DNA of 64,000 nucleotides from a virus. Taxonomy: Duplodnaviria; Caudoviricetes. The notes under the pieces were generated by a model that was given only the letters and a program-made list of their open reading frames with translations, was not told the DNA's origin and did not search any database. A program made the translations under genes and the position numbers. This document shows positions 1 to 12,800 of the stretch, piece by piece (the first letter of the stretch is position 1; every line of letters begins with the position of its first letter). The stretch is taken from positions 96,001-160,000 of the IMG/VR virus record IMGVR_UViG_2061766007_000586; one strand, given 5' to 3'.

Positions 1-20
1 CTTATTTAAATATTAAAAAG

Positions 21-48
21 TCAGGCTATCCTACATAGGATAGCCTGA
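21..48 (-). terminator. Intrinsic terminator of the fibre operon
   Basis: Inverted repeat tcaggctatcct/aggatagcctga, followed by a U-tract on the minus strand, just downstream of the 83..2308 stop. Confidence 0.85.
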
Positions 49-82
49 TTATCAATTTGAATATATAACTCAGACTGAGTTA

Positions 83-2308
83 TTAATCAATAGCAGTATA
101 GAACAGGCAAGAAACCCAAACTGCATTTACGGTAGGAGTGACAAAAGTATCACCGGATGTAGCTACAGATGTGATTGTCTTTGTTGTAGCAACAACACCC
201 TTCGTGGTACCGTTACCTGTAGTATCAACGCCACTTACTTTTACAACACCCGTTGTTGGGTTAGCACTAAGACCATTATAACCCGTTACACTGGATACTA
301 AGTTAGTATTTGTAACTGTGTTACTGACTTGATAAATTACTGTCGTACCGTTGACTGTAGAAGTAACTTTGATACCAGCATTACCAGAAACAACAGAAGT
401 AATATGATCGTTGTCAGCTTTAGCATTCAGTGTGGAACTCATGTTCCAAACTGCCTGCATTGTCGGAACAACAAAAGAAGTACCACCAGTAACACCAGAT
501 GTAATAGCATTAAGAGTTGCGACAACACCAACGCCGGTACTAGTACCAGTAGCATTAACACCACTGATAATAACCTTACCTGTAGTAGCATTCTGAATAA
601 GACCATTTGTACCAGATACACTGGACACTAAGTTAGTATTTTTCTGTCCAGAAACAGCGTAAGTAATAACATTACCAGCAACTGAAGATGTAACTGTAAC
701 ATATGCACCTGCTGCAACCACTGTAGACTGTTGAGCCGAGATAACATTTTCAGCAAAATCAGTTATATCTGTAACCGCGTGACTATGAGCGATAGCAGCA
801 TATATAGTATCATGATTGTGATTTGCAGCAGCTTTGCCATCAAGTGCAGTCTGAAGACCACTGATATTAGCGATAGTGTGACTATGATTTGTATTGGCTT
901 TGCCACCAATAGCTGCGTTAAGAGCGGAGCTAACAGTTGAAAGCTGTGCAGACGTTGCATAATTACCAGATGTCTGTTTACCATCAATAGCCGCTTGTAA
1001 TGTAGAACTTGCAGTACTTAACTGTGCCGATGTTGCGTAATTGCCTGCTGCTTGTTTCGTACCAATAGCAGCATTAAGCGTAGAACTCATGTTCCAGACA
1101 GCACGCATCGTAGGAACGATGTATGATGTTTCAGCAGCATTAACAGTACCAGTAGCAGCATTAGTTGAAGTCGTAGAAACAATAGCATTACTCGTTACAA
1201 TTACACCAACCGTGGTACCATCACCTTTAGCATTGACACCAGAAATAATGATATTACCAGTTGAACCGTTTTGTGTAAGTCCATTTGCACCCTTGACACT
1301 AGACACAAGATTAGTATTAGTGTCGGTTGCAGAAATTGTAACTTCACCAACGCCAGTGTTAGGATTAAGTGTAATATTCTTACCAGCTACAATCTTGGTT
1401 ACACCAAAATCATGTGTATGACCAGTAGCTGCCTTACCATCAAGTGCTGTTTGAAGACCAGTTACGTCAGAAATAGCATGGTTGTGAGATATTGCTGCAT
1501 ATACAGTATCGTGATTATGATTTGCAGCAGCCTTTGTACCGATAGCTGCGTTAAGTGTAGAACTTGCAGCGGAAAGCTGTGCAGATGTAGCATATGTTCC
1601 AGCAGCTTGCTTACCAGCGAGTGCTGTGTAAATTGCATTCATTGTCGGTACTACATTACTATTACCACCAGCATTGGATGTGATCACACTAGTCGTGATA
1701 ACAACACCCTTCGTAGAACTGTCGCCCTTAGCATCAATACCAGAAATAATTACAGTTCCTTGTGAACCATTCTGAGTAAGGCCATTTGCACCCTTAACAG
1801 AGGATACAAGATTGGTGTTGCCAGCAGTAACTGCAGAATCAATAGCAGTACGAACAGCAGCTTCAGTAGGAACTAATGTATTTACAGCTGTACCCGCAGC
1901 ACGAACTGTAGTCGTTGAAGCAATAGCCTGATCGATAACAGCCATAGCTGTTCCTGTCCAGCGATAAAGTTTACCACCGGATGTATAGAGAGCAGCACCA
2001 GTAAGATTCTGTGCAGGAGCCCAAACATACGACGTACCATTATACATGGTACCATAGATCGTCTTACTTGTCGTATTAATGTAGTGAGCAGCAGAATCTT
2101 GTTCAGGAGTCGGGACTGTAGTACCCGTCACCGTAGAAGTAAACGGAAGAATTTCATCCACAGAACCAGGGATAAACTGCGGACGAATCACATCGTTTTC
2201 ATCAAAAATGGAGATATTAACATCACCATTCATGATATCAGTTGTTCTTACGCGTGGGTATAACGCATTCGCTGCGCCATCCCTAATTTGGATTTTTCCA
2301 TTAGCCAT
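83..2308 (-). CDS. Phage tail/head fibre protein with PTR-like (HxHxIxDVxGL) repeats, 741 aa
   Basis: Repeats HNHAISDVTGLQTALDGKAA / HSHTIANISGLQTALDGKAA, four NTNLVSSV.G.NGL units and A/T/S/G-rich composition; RBS aaggt upstream. Confidence 0.8.
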   Translation of the reverse strand: MANGKIQIRDGAANALYPRVRTTDIMNGDVNISIFDENDVIRPQFIPGSVDEILPFTSTVTGTTVPTPEQDSAAHYINTTSKTIYGTMYNGTSYVWAPAQNLTGAALYTSGGKLYRWTGTAMAVIDQAIASTTTVRAAGTAVNTLVPTEAAVRTAIDSAVTAGNTNLVSSVKGANGLTQNGSQGTVIISGIDAKGDSSTKGVVITTSVITSNAGGNSNVVPTMNAIYTALAGKQAAGTYATSAQLSAASSTLNAAIGTKAAANHNHDTVYAAISHNHAISDVTGLQTALDGKAATGHTHDFGVTKIVAGKNITLNPNTGVGEVTISATDTNTNLVSSVKGANGLTQNGSTGNIIISGVNAKGDGTTVGVIVTSNAIVSTTSTNAATGTVNAAETSYIVPTMRAVWNMSSTLNAAIGTKQAAGNYATSAQLSTASSTLQAAIDGKQTSGNYATSAQLSTVSSALNAAIGGKANTNHSHTIANISGLQTALDGKAAANHNHDTIYAAIAHSHAVTDITDFAENVISAQQSTVVAAGAYVTVTSSVAGNVITYAVSGQKNTNLVSSVSGTNGLIQNATTGKVIISGVNATGTSTGVGVVATLNAITSGVTGGTSFVVPTMQAVWNMSSTLNAKADNDHITSVVSGNAGIKVTSTVNGTTVIYQVSNTVTNTNLVSSVTGYNGLSANPTTGVVKVSGVDTTGNGTTKGVVATTKTITSVATSGDTFVTPTVNAVWVSCLFYTAID

Positions 2309-2341
2309 AAAAAATCTACCTTATTTTGTTAAATTAAGTTA

Positions 2342-2368
2342 CCCACGAGATTCCAAGAATCTCGTGGG
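2342..2368 (-). other. Intergenic hairpin (weak terminator or mRNA-stabilising stem)
   Basis: 12-bp inverted repeat cccacgagattc/gaatctcgtggg with no clear U-tract. Confidence 0.6.
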
Positions 2369-2381
2369 CATAAATTAAGAA

Positions 2382-3692
2382 TTAGTCAATGTAGCTAAAT
2401 GCTAAGTAACTGGTGATCAGAGAAGTATGTTCAGCAGTAATCTTAGTATCAAGAGCACCGGAAGCTGTACCGATTGCAGTATTCAGAGCTGAGGAGTTAG
2501 CAGTAACTGTACCGGTAAGTGTAGTAACACTGCCATTCAGAGCACTAGAAACCTTGGTGATTGATGTCTGAAGTTCAGTCTTGAGAGCAGTCGTATTACC
2601 AGCAGCAGTAATAGAAGCTGCAAGAGTAGAAGACAGATTTGCAACCGCTTGCATGGTCGGGACAACATAAGTTGAACCATTAGCCAGACCAGAAGAAATA
2701 CTGTTGACAGCAGCAACCGTACCAATAGTACCAGCAGTACCATCAGCAACAATACCAGAAGCGATCAGGCCACTAGCAGTACTCTTGAGAGCAACACCAT
2801 TAGCAGGTGTCGTACCATATTTCAGAGAAACGGTAACAAGACCAGCATCGGTACCTGCACTGATAACACCATCACCATTAACTGCATTAACAATGTTGGC
2901 AGGAATCTTAGCATCTACTGCAGAAATAGCAGCAGCAACTGCACCAGCGGTAGGAACGGTGTAAGCAGCCTTAGCAGTAGCAACACTTGCACTCACAGAA
3001 GCAACAGTTTCAACACCACCGAGTTTACCTGTACTAGCAGTATCAAGACCGATTGTTACAATACCAGCACCACCACCGGTAATACCAGCTTGAGCTGTGA
3101 TCGTCTGAACACCAGCAGAAGCACCCATTGCAGAATTGAATGCAGATTTGGCTTCAAGAACTGCTGCAGCAGATGCTGCATTAACAGCAGCTGCGACTGC
3201 AGCTTCAGTAGGAACAGCATTGTCATCTGCACCTGTTGTACGAACAGATGTGGTAGATACAATATCTGTACCAATCTGATTCAGAGAAGCACCATTGTAC
3301 TTATAGGCTTTAGGAGTGCCGTTTTCTTCGATAAGATAGAGCTTATCCTTAGAGAAATCAGCATACTCAACCCATGAACCACCAGAGCAGAAGAAGATCT
3401 TCTTTGTATTGGTGTTAGCAAAGTACTTGCCTTCCTGAATTCCAGGAAGAGAAGTGCCTTTACCACTGAGTTCGATAATATCCTTCACTTCGATCTGAGC
3501 TAAGTAGCCAGGAAGGAACTCAGGTTTAACTGTCTGAGTTGCACTATCGAAAACCTGCGTAACATTGGATGCATACGCGGTTGCAGCATCAGTACCAGCC
3601 TTGGATGCAACAAGGTCAATCGTTCTTACGCGCGGGAAAAGAAGATCGCTGTTTGCATTCTTAATTTGAATTTTTCTTTGAGAAGTTGCCAT
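2382..3692 (-). CDS. Fibre protein, paralog of 83..2308, 436 aa
   Basis: Shares the N-terminal KIQI....L(Y/F)PRVRT.D motif, VPTEAAV and VPTMQAV motifs and a C-terminal aromatic-ID ending with the neighbouring fibre. Confidence 0.8.
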   Translation of the reverse strand: MATSQRKIQIKNANSDLLFPRVRTIDLVASKAGTDAATAYASNVTQVFDSATQTVKPEFLPGYLAQIEVKDIIELSGKGTSLPGIQEGKYFANTNTKKIFFCSGGSWVEYADFSKDKLYLIEENGTPKAYKYNGASLNQIGTDIVSTTSVRTTGADDNAVPTEAAVAAAVNAASAAAVLEAKSAFNSAMGASAGVQTITAQAGITGGGAGIVTIGLDTASTGKLGGVETVASVSASVATAKAAYTVPTAGAVAAAISAVDAKIPANIVNAVNGDGVISAGTDAGLVTVSLKYGTTPANGVALKSTASGLIASGIVADGTAGTIGTVAAVNSISSGLANGSTYVVPTMQAVANLSSTLAASITAAGNTTALKTELQTSITKVSSALNGSVTTLTGTVTANSSALNTAIGTASGALDTKITAEHTSLITSYLAFSYID

Positions 3693-3753
3693 AATAAACC
3701 ATCCTTTGTTATGATAATTAGGTTAAACTTGTACTAGCAACAATAATTATTAG

Positions 3754-3763
3754 GTATAAAATG
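3754..3763 (-). promoter_or_regulatory. Late-type promoter motif CATTTTATAC
   Basis: Variant of the CAT-NN-TAT(G/A) motif found upstream of most structural genes; lies right after a terminator. Confidence 0.5.
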
Positions 3764-3794
3764 AACTGCACGCCCTGTTAGAGGCGTGCAGTTC
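3763..3794 (-). terminator. Intrinsic terminator
   Basis: Stem gaactgcacgcc/ggcgtgcagttc downstream of the 4165-aa gene. Confidence 0.8.
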
Positions 3795-3811
3795 CCAACT
3801 TACATTTCGTA

Positions 3812-6800
3812 TTAGGGAGTGACACGTCCGTTAATATCGATATCACCATAATGATACTGTGTAACGACAACCGAATTCGTCTCGGAATCTTCATGTACTA
3901 CGCCAAGAACTTTGTAATATCCTTGAGCTGAAGTTGCCTGAGCAGGAAGAACATTGTGTAAGCAATATCCGCTTGAGAAAGCAGACGATTCGTAATAAAG
4001 ATAGAAACAAATACTTCTGTCGTTTTCTGTAATAGTACCAGAAACATCAGAACCAGCAATAGTCATCATAGACGTACCTAATTGGACACGTCCCCCAATA
4101 CAAGATAGTGTAGAAGAATCTACATCATAGAACACTTTGAATGGTCCATTATAAGTTAATTCTACACTATAAGATGTCATATTCGACTCCATTGTCGAAA
4201 TGACAATATCACTGACTTGAGATTCAGTGATGCCACCTCCACCAATAGATGCACTACTAATCTGTGCACTTACATAGGAAGTGAGAGATGTTGTAATATC
4301 AGTCGATTGAGTATCAAGTTCTGAAGTCACATAAGCTTCATATTCACTTGTGATCGTTGCAGAAAGTGTACTATTCTCAGATGTTACAATATCACTAATT
4401 TGTGTTAACGTTACAATACCAGCTGTATCACTTGTTGCTGCAGGAACTGTTACATTACCAGCACTCGTCGCATAAGCCACAGATGTAGTAGTATAATCAA
4501 TAGCAGCAATAGCTGACATATATTCAGATGTAATAGTAGTTGAAACACTAGCTACTACTGATGTTGCTTGATCAGATGCTATCGAAGTAACAGAGTCAAG
4601 AGTTACACCACCAAGTGTGTCAGATGTAGCAGCTGGAAGTGTGTAATTCGACAGTCCATCCACTGCACTTGCAATCTTGGAAGTATAATCATCAACCAAC
4701 GCTGAAGACAGTGTATTATCTGCATCAGTATAAGCACTAGTAATTTCAATTGATAACGATGTATCGAGAACACCAGTACTTGTAACAGCATCGGCAGCAT
4801 AACTACTAGCAATATTGCTAATCGTAGTTAATGTTACACCACCAAGACTGTCTGCTGTAGCAGAAGGTAACACATAAGTTTCAGGAACTTCAAATGCATC
4901 CAAAGCACTAGAAATAGCACTCGTATAAGCTTCAGTAATTGTAGCAGTAGCTGTACTAACTTGAGCAGAAGCTTGTGCAGAAGCAATCGTACTTACAGTC
5001 GTTAATGTAATACCACCTAAACTATCAGCTGTAGCTGTCGGAAGTGTATACGCTGCATCAGCAATTGCAGAAGTGTATGCTTCTGTAATCGTTGCTGATA
5101 AAGTATTATCAGCAGATATAGCAATTTCACTTACTCTAACTTCAGTGACTCCAGGATCTGGCAGGTTATTAATAACAGAAGTAATCTTAGATGTATAATC
5201 TTCAACTATCGCAGCAGACAATACTGTATCAGCAGAAGCATAGCTTGTTGTCAGAAGTACAGACAAGGCATTATCTAACGATGTAGCACTTGTTACTGCC
5301 ACTGTTATTGTTGAAGTATCACCTGCTGTGATTGCTTCATTCAAATTAGACGATAATGCAACAATTGATGTATTCATCAATCCAGATAAAGCTGTATCTG
5401 CAGATACATAAGCCTCAGCAACTGTAGCAGCCGAAGCAGATGCATAAGCATTTGCAATTGTACTAATCTGAGTTAATGTTACTCCACCTAAGCTATCCGA
5501 TGTTGCAGCAACAAGTGTGTAATCATGGGAAGTTGCCATCTCATCTGCAATTGTAGAAATTGTAGTAAGAGTGACTCCACCAAGAGTATCACTTGTAGCG
5601 GCAGGTAAGGTATAAGACGCATCACTAATAGCTGATGTATAAGCTTCAGTGATTGTTGCACTTAAAGTAGTATCTGCACTCGTAGCGATAGAACTTGCGA
5701 TCGAACTTATGGTCGTAAGTGAAACACCGCCGAGAGAATCAGAAGTAGCAGCAGGTAAAGTATAGACAGGTATTGCATTAATTTCAGAAGTAACATAATT
5801 CACCATCGATGTATGTTCTGCACTAATTGCATCTGTATATTCAGACGTAATTGAGACAGACATAGCATTTGCTTTACTTGTAGCAATCGTACTGATGGTT
5901 TCTAATGTAACACCACCCAGCGTACTTGTGGTAGCTTCAGGTAATGTATAATTAGATAATCCACTAACAGCATCTGCAATCTTAGAAGTATAATCTTCCA
6001 CTAATGTACTGGACAGTGCGGCGTCGAGAGACGTTGCACTTGCTACAGCAACGGTGATAGCAGATGTCTTCTGTGTAGCGATTTCAACAGTAAGATCAGA
6101 AGTAAGAGTTGTATCAAGACCATCAGCAATACTACTTGCAATTGTACTAACAGTTGTGAGTGTAATACCGCCTAAACTGTCTACAGTTGCAGTAGGTAAT
6201 GTATAAGGTTCAATACTATTAATTGCTTCATCAATGGCTGAAGTATATTCATTCGTAATCGTTGTAGACATTGCATTAACAAGAGATGTAGCGCGATCAG
6301 TTGCGATACTACTTACAGTTGTCAATGTGATTCCACCTAACGAATCATTTGTAGCAGCAGGAAGTGTATAAGTAGGAATATTGTTAATTGCACTTGTGTA
6401 AGCAAGTGTGATATTACTAGAAAGTACAGCATCCGCTGATGTAAACTTATTCGTAAGTGAAGTGTCTAATTCAGTATCTGCATCCACATAGGCGCTTGTA
6501 ACAGATTCCTCAACTGCTCCAGCATAACCAGATGCAATCGTACTAACTGTAGTAAGAGTTATACCACCAATTGTATCAGCAGTAGCTGAAGGAAGTGTAT
6601 AACTCGGAATTGCTGCAATAGCACTCGTGTATTCTTCTGTAATAGTTGCAGATAATGTATCATCCGCATCTTCATACGCACTAGTGAGCACTTCAGATAA
6701 AGTATCGTCAAGAACTCCAGCACTCGTTACTGCATCAATTACTGCAGATGTTTTAGCAGTTTCAATAGCAGTATTCAGAGTAGAAGAGGCATTTGTAATA

Positions 6801-9800
6801 GATGTAATAGCAGTTACAGTATAAGCATCTGCAATACTACTAATTGTACTAAGTGTAACTCCACCTAAACTTGTCGTAGTGGCTTCTGGGAGAACATATA
6901 TCGACGATGTTATCGCTTCTGTATATTCACTTGTTATGGAAGTATACAGCGCAGAATCAGCATCTTTATAATTACTCGTAATGGTAGTTGCAACATTTGT
7001 TAAATTAGAACCCATGGTAGCATAATTGTTTGCCATCACAGATTGTAATCCATTAATGTTTGATCCCATTGCAGAATTTAATCTACTTTCCAGAGCACCG
7101 TCTAATGATGTAGCTACACCAGTCGCTAATCCACTCACTGTTGATAGCGTGACACCACCTAAAGAATCCATTGTAGCTTCAGGTAGTACGTATTCAGGAA
7201 TATCATTAATAGCTGAGGTATAACCTTCAACTAAGTCAGCCGATAATGTTGCATCAGCATCAGAATAGTCTGAAGTAATAGCATCAGTCATAGAAGTAAT
7301 AGCTGCTTTATATGCAGATGTTACCGTATCGGATACACTAAGAGCAGAAGTAGATGCTTGAGTGTTTGCAATGCTTGTAACCTGATCTAATGTAACACCA
7401 CCTAAAGTGCTTGTAGTAGCTTCAGGTAATGTGTACAGAGAATCAGAAATAGCAGATGTAAACTGATTCACTAATGCAGTAGATAATGTATCATCTGCAT
7501 CAATGTAACCACTTGTAATTGCTTCAGTTAATCCACTATCAAGGGCAAATGCACTTGCAACAGCTGTACTTACAGCAGAAGTTTGAGCATTAGCGATTAA
7601 TGTAGGAATGTCACTGGTAGCATTTGTGATAGATGTAGCAAGTAAACCAAACAGAGTCTTATCAGCTTCTGTATATTCACTTGTCACTGTATCATAATTA
7701 TCCGCAACATAACCACTTGCGATATTACTGACTGTCGTTAATGTAACTCCACCCAATGTATCAGATGTAGCTGCAGATAACGTGAATTCAGGAATATCGT
7801 TAATAGCGCTCGTATATGCTAACGTAATTGTAGAAGACAGAACAAGATCAGCAGATGTATATGCATCTGTAATATTGCTTGTAGCTGTATCTACAAAACT
7901 CTGAGCAACTGTAGAAGCAATTGTACTTACATTCGTAAACTCAGGTTTAGCATTCCAGGATGTACGTTCATCAGCTGTAATATGAATAACAACATCAGAA
8001 GTATGTACTTCAACTAAATCAGTTAAATCACTTACAGTAGATGTGACCTGACTATCAGTGTAATTCTTAGCCATGCTAATCACTGCACTAACATCAATAT
8101 CGTGATCTATCACTGCACTTGTGACTGCTTCATTAGCGAATGCAATTGCGGAATTATAAATATTTGAAACATCGCTTACATGCAGAGTAATAGCTGAGCC
8201 AATCTGATCATCGATGTATGTACTCACATCAGCATAAACTTCAGAGGTGAAGGTATCAGCAGATGTAAACTTTTCATCAACGAGAGATGTTAACTCTGTA
8301 GACAGTGTTTCAATTGAAGTAGTAGCATTTGTACCAGCAAGATTAATCTGAGAAACTAATGTTGCACTAAGTGCAGTATCAGCAGAAATATAAGCTTCTG
8401 TAATAGAAGCTGACAGATCTGTATCTGCAGAAGTACGAGCATCTTCTTCATCAGCAATCTTACTTGTATAATCCTCAACTAAAGTAGAAGAGAGAGCATT
8501 AACAGAAGTTGTAGCAAGAGATGCAGCTATTGTACTAACCGTGGTAAGTGTAACTCCACCAAGATCAGATGTAGTTGCAGCAGGGAGAGTATACGCAGGA
8601 ATATCACCGATTGCTTCAGTATATTCACTCGTAATCTTGTTGTACATAGAAGTATCAGCTTCTGTGTAGTTGCTAACTAATGTTTCTGTTAAACCATGAT
8701 CTAAATTGAATGCACTAGTTACAGCTTCTGTAACTGCCGATGTCTTCATATCAGCAATAGAAACACTCAATGCTGAAGAAGCATTCGAAGCAGCAGTAAG
8801 AGCAGTATCAGTGTATCCACTTGCAATATTGCTTACAGTATTTAACGTAATACCACCCAGCACAGAAGTTGTAGCTTCCGGTAGAGTGTATTCAGGTATT
8901 TCGTTAATAGCACTTGTGTACTCCTCTGTAATTGTAGCAGAAAGTGTATTCAGAGCTGAAGTACGATTTTCTTCTTCGTCTGCAAACTTAGAAGTGTAAT
9001 CAGCAACTAAAGTACTTGAAACTGCTAATGCTGAAGTAGATGCGTATCCTGCAGCAATAGTACTAACTGTTGTTAATGTAACACCACCTAAAGTTGTTGA
9101 TGTTGCAACAGGAAGTTCATATTCAGGAATTGCGTCAATCATACTTGTTACAGATTCCATTAATTCTGCATCAGCTGAAACATATGCTTCAGTGATAGTA
9201 GCAGATAATGTAGTGTCTGCAGCAGTATAATCACTTGTTAACTGTACTTCTAATGCACTATCAAAAGTAATAGCACTTGTTAAAGCATCTGTAATAGTTG
9301 AGGTCTTAGTATCGGCTATCGAAGCAGCTAAACTTGTAGAAGCTGCTGTAACAGAAGTAATCGCAATATCAGTATAAGTACTTGCAATGTTGCTGACTGT
9401 AGTCAGTGTAACACCACCAAGTGAATCAGCCGTAGCTGCTGGAAGTGTATAAGCAGGTATCGATTCTATTGCACTTGTATATTCTTCTGTAATCGTAGCT
9501 GACAGCGTTTCATCTGCATCAACATAGGCACTTGTCATAACTTCTAATAAGTTCTGATCAAGAGCTTCTGCACTTGTCACCGCATCAGCAATACCAGATG
9601 TAATGCTTTCAGTTAATTGAGAAGTCTTAGAAGTGACAAATCCACTGAGAGAAGTATCCGCCGAAGTATATGCATCTGTAACTGTCGTGGATAACGTATC
9701 AATAGCATCGAGATAATCGCTTGTAACAGAATCCATTAAGTTCTGAGCAATTGTACTTGCACTCGTCACTGCTTCAGCAATGTCAGAAGTACTAGCAGTA

Positions 9801-12800
9801 GCAATACTTGCAGAAACTTCAGCTAATTCTGCTGCCAGAGATGTCATCGACTCGCGATCAATCGTAAACTCAGATGTATAATCTTCTGTAATTTCTTCTC
9901 TAACCACAGCAATATTAGAAGTACTAAGATCATTAGCAACACTACTGACTGTTGTAAGTGTAATTCCACCAAGCGTAGATGCTGTAGCAGTCGGAAGCAC
10001 ATATGCAGATGTGCTAATAGCAGCTAAGTACTCAGATGTAATATTACTTGAAGTTGTATTCAGTGTAGTCGTATCAACATACGAAGTTGTAAGACTTGTA
10101 AGAAGCTTATCATATTTTTCTGTATAGTCAGATGTTAAGAGATCTGACATATCGTTCAGCTGAGATGTGAAATCTTCAGGAAGTTGTGAACTAATAGTAT
10201 CGATTAATTCACTCAGCTCGCTATCAGCTGACACATAAGCGTTCGTGATAGATGTAGTTGCATCTGTGATAGCAGATGTACGTGCCACTGCTTCTTCCGC
10301 GATTGCAGAAGTATATCCATCTACTAATGTAGTAGACATAGTTGTAGTAGCTGAAGTCGCTTCTTCAGTAGCAATATCCTTAACCGTAGTTAAAGTTACA
10401 CCACCTAAAGTATCATCAGTTGCTTCAGGAAGAACATATTCATCAATACTACTAATAGCAGAAGCAATTGCACTTGTATAAGCACTTGTAAGTGTTGCAC
10501 TAAGCTCACTATCTGCTGATGTATAATCTTCTACTAAAGCTGCACTTAAAGTTGTATCAGCTGCAATATAACTGGTAGTAAGGTTAGCTGATAACAGATT
10601 ATCAGCAGAAACAAATGCACCAGCAAGTACAGAAGAAATCGTATTAACTGAAGTTGTGAAATCAGATGTTAACTCACCATCAGCTGCGATATAAGCACTT
10701 GTTAAACCAGTACTTAATGTAGTTGTATAGCTCTGAGCTATTGTACTAACAGTATTCAGAGTGATACCACCGAGTGTATCTGAAGTAGCTTCAGGTAATG
10801 TGTATTCTGGAATAGCATCAACTGCTGCATTAATAGCAGATGTATATTCATCTGTAATTGTAGCAGATGCTGCATTCAGTGCGGATGTAAATGTTTCATC
10901 TTCAACTGTAATTGCTGAAGTGAATTGATCAATTAAAGCTGAAGAAAGTGTATTAATAGAAGATGTACGAGCTGTAGTTTCAGCAGTAATCTGAGAAGTA
11001 ACTTCATCAGACAGATCAGAAATTGCTGAAGTTCTAGCTGCAGTTTCTACAGAAATTGCATCTGTGTAAGCTGATGTAACAGTTTCAACAGAAGCATCTA
11101 CAATAGAAGTTGCTATCGTACTAATTGTCGTAAGTGTTACTCCACCGAGACTATCTACGGTTGCTGCAGGAAGTACATAAGTTGCATCTTCAATAGCAGA
11201 AGTAAACTGATCAACTAAAGAAGCAGACAGAGCAGTATCAGCAGCAATATAAGCAGATGTAACTGCAACGATCTTAGAAGTATAATCTTCAACAAGACCA
11301 GCAGATACTGTATTAATAGATGTAGTAAACGTACTGACTAATTCTTCATCAGCAAGTGTATATGCACTTGTGATTACATCATCGAGAGTAGCTGTGAAAC
11401 CTTGAGCAATACTACTAACAGTAGAAAGTGTAATTCCACCAATTGTAGAGGTCGTTGCTTCTGGTAAAACATACTCAGGAATATCAGCAATAGCACTTGT
11501 ATATGCTTCTGTGATAGAAGCAGAAAGTGTATTATCAGCAGAAGTATATGCTGCAGTAATAGAAGTTTCTAATTCTGTATCAGCAGCAGTATATCCTGAA
11601 ACAAGCGTTTCACTAAGTGTAGTATCAGCAGTTGTGTAGCTTGTTGTGATTAATGTAGTACTCGAACTAATGACTTCAGCAATAGCTGACACAGCTTCAT
11701 CTATAATAGCAGAACTTGTGCTATCAACAAGATTTGTATAAGAAGTTGTAATATCAGCAGAAAGTGTTTCATCCGCAGTAGTATACGCAGATGTCACTGC
11801 TTCTTCAGTTGTAGTAGCATATGTACTAGCAATATTACTAATGGTGGTTAAAGTAACGCCACCCATCTTATCACTAGTAGCAGGTTCAAGTACATATTCT
11901 TCAATACTGTTAAATGCTGAATCAATAGCAGAAGTATAAGCACTCGTAATACTGAGTGTTAAAGCTTCATCAGCAGCTGTATATGCACTCGTAAGAGCAA
12001 TACTCAAATTCGTGTCGGCTGTTGTATAAGCAGATGTAACACTTGTAACAGTTTCTTCTTTTGTAGTAGCAATAGCACTTGTGTATGCTGTCGTTACAGA
12101 AGTAACTTGTTCAGTAATAGCATCAGTATAAGCAGATGTAATAGAAGCAGTAGCTTCTGTATCTAAGTTAGTTGCAATAGCTGTAGCAATTGAGCTAACA
12201 GAAGCTGCATCTGTTTTAGCATTCCAAGCTGCTCTTTCTTCTGAAGTAATATGAACAACTTCATCACTTGTGTGACTATCAGTATAAGCATGAGCCATAC
12301 CGAGAACAGCACTTACATCAATATCGTGATCAATGATAGCTTCACTTACAGCAGCAGAAGCATAAGCAACAGCAGAATCATAAATATTAGAAATATCAGT
12401 GATATGCTGACTAACAGCTTCTTCTACTTTACTATCAATGTAAGTACTTACAGTAGAATAAACTTCAGATGTCTGATTTGTAGCAGATGTAAACTTCTCA
12501 TTCACAGTAGAAACTAAAGTATCAGATACTGTTTCAATAGAAGCATTTACATTACTGATTGCTGAAGTAAGATTATTATCTCTTGAAGTGAATCCTTCAG
12601 TAACAGAAGTTACTAAAGTATTATAATCACTCACTGTAGCAAATCCAGAAAGGCTATTACTAACTGCTTGAATTGCAGTAGAATTAGCAGAAACACGAGT
12701 ATCCAAGCCTAACACATTATCAGCTACAATACCTACTTCAGATGTAACCTTATCATCTAATTCAGCAATGCTGGAAGCAAGAGTTTCATCAGCAGCGATA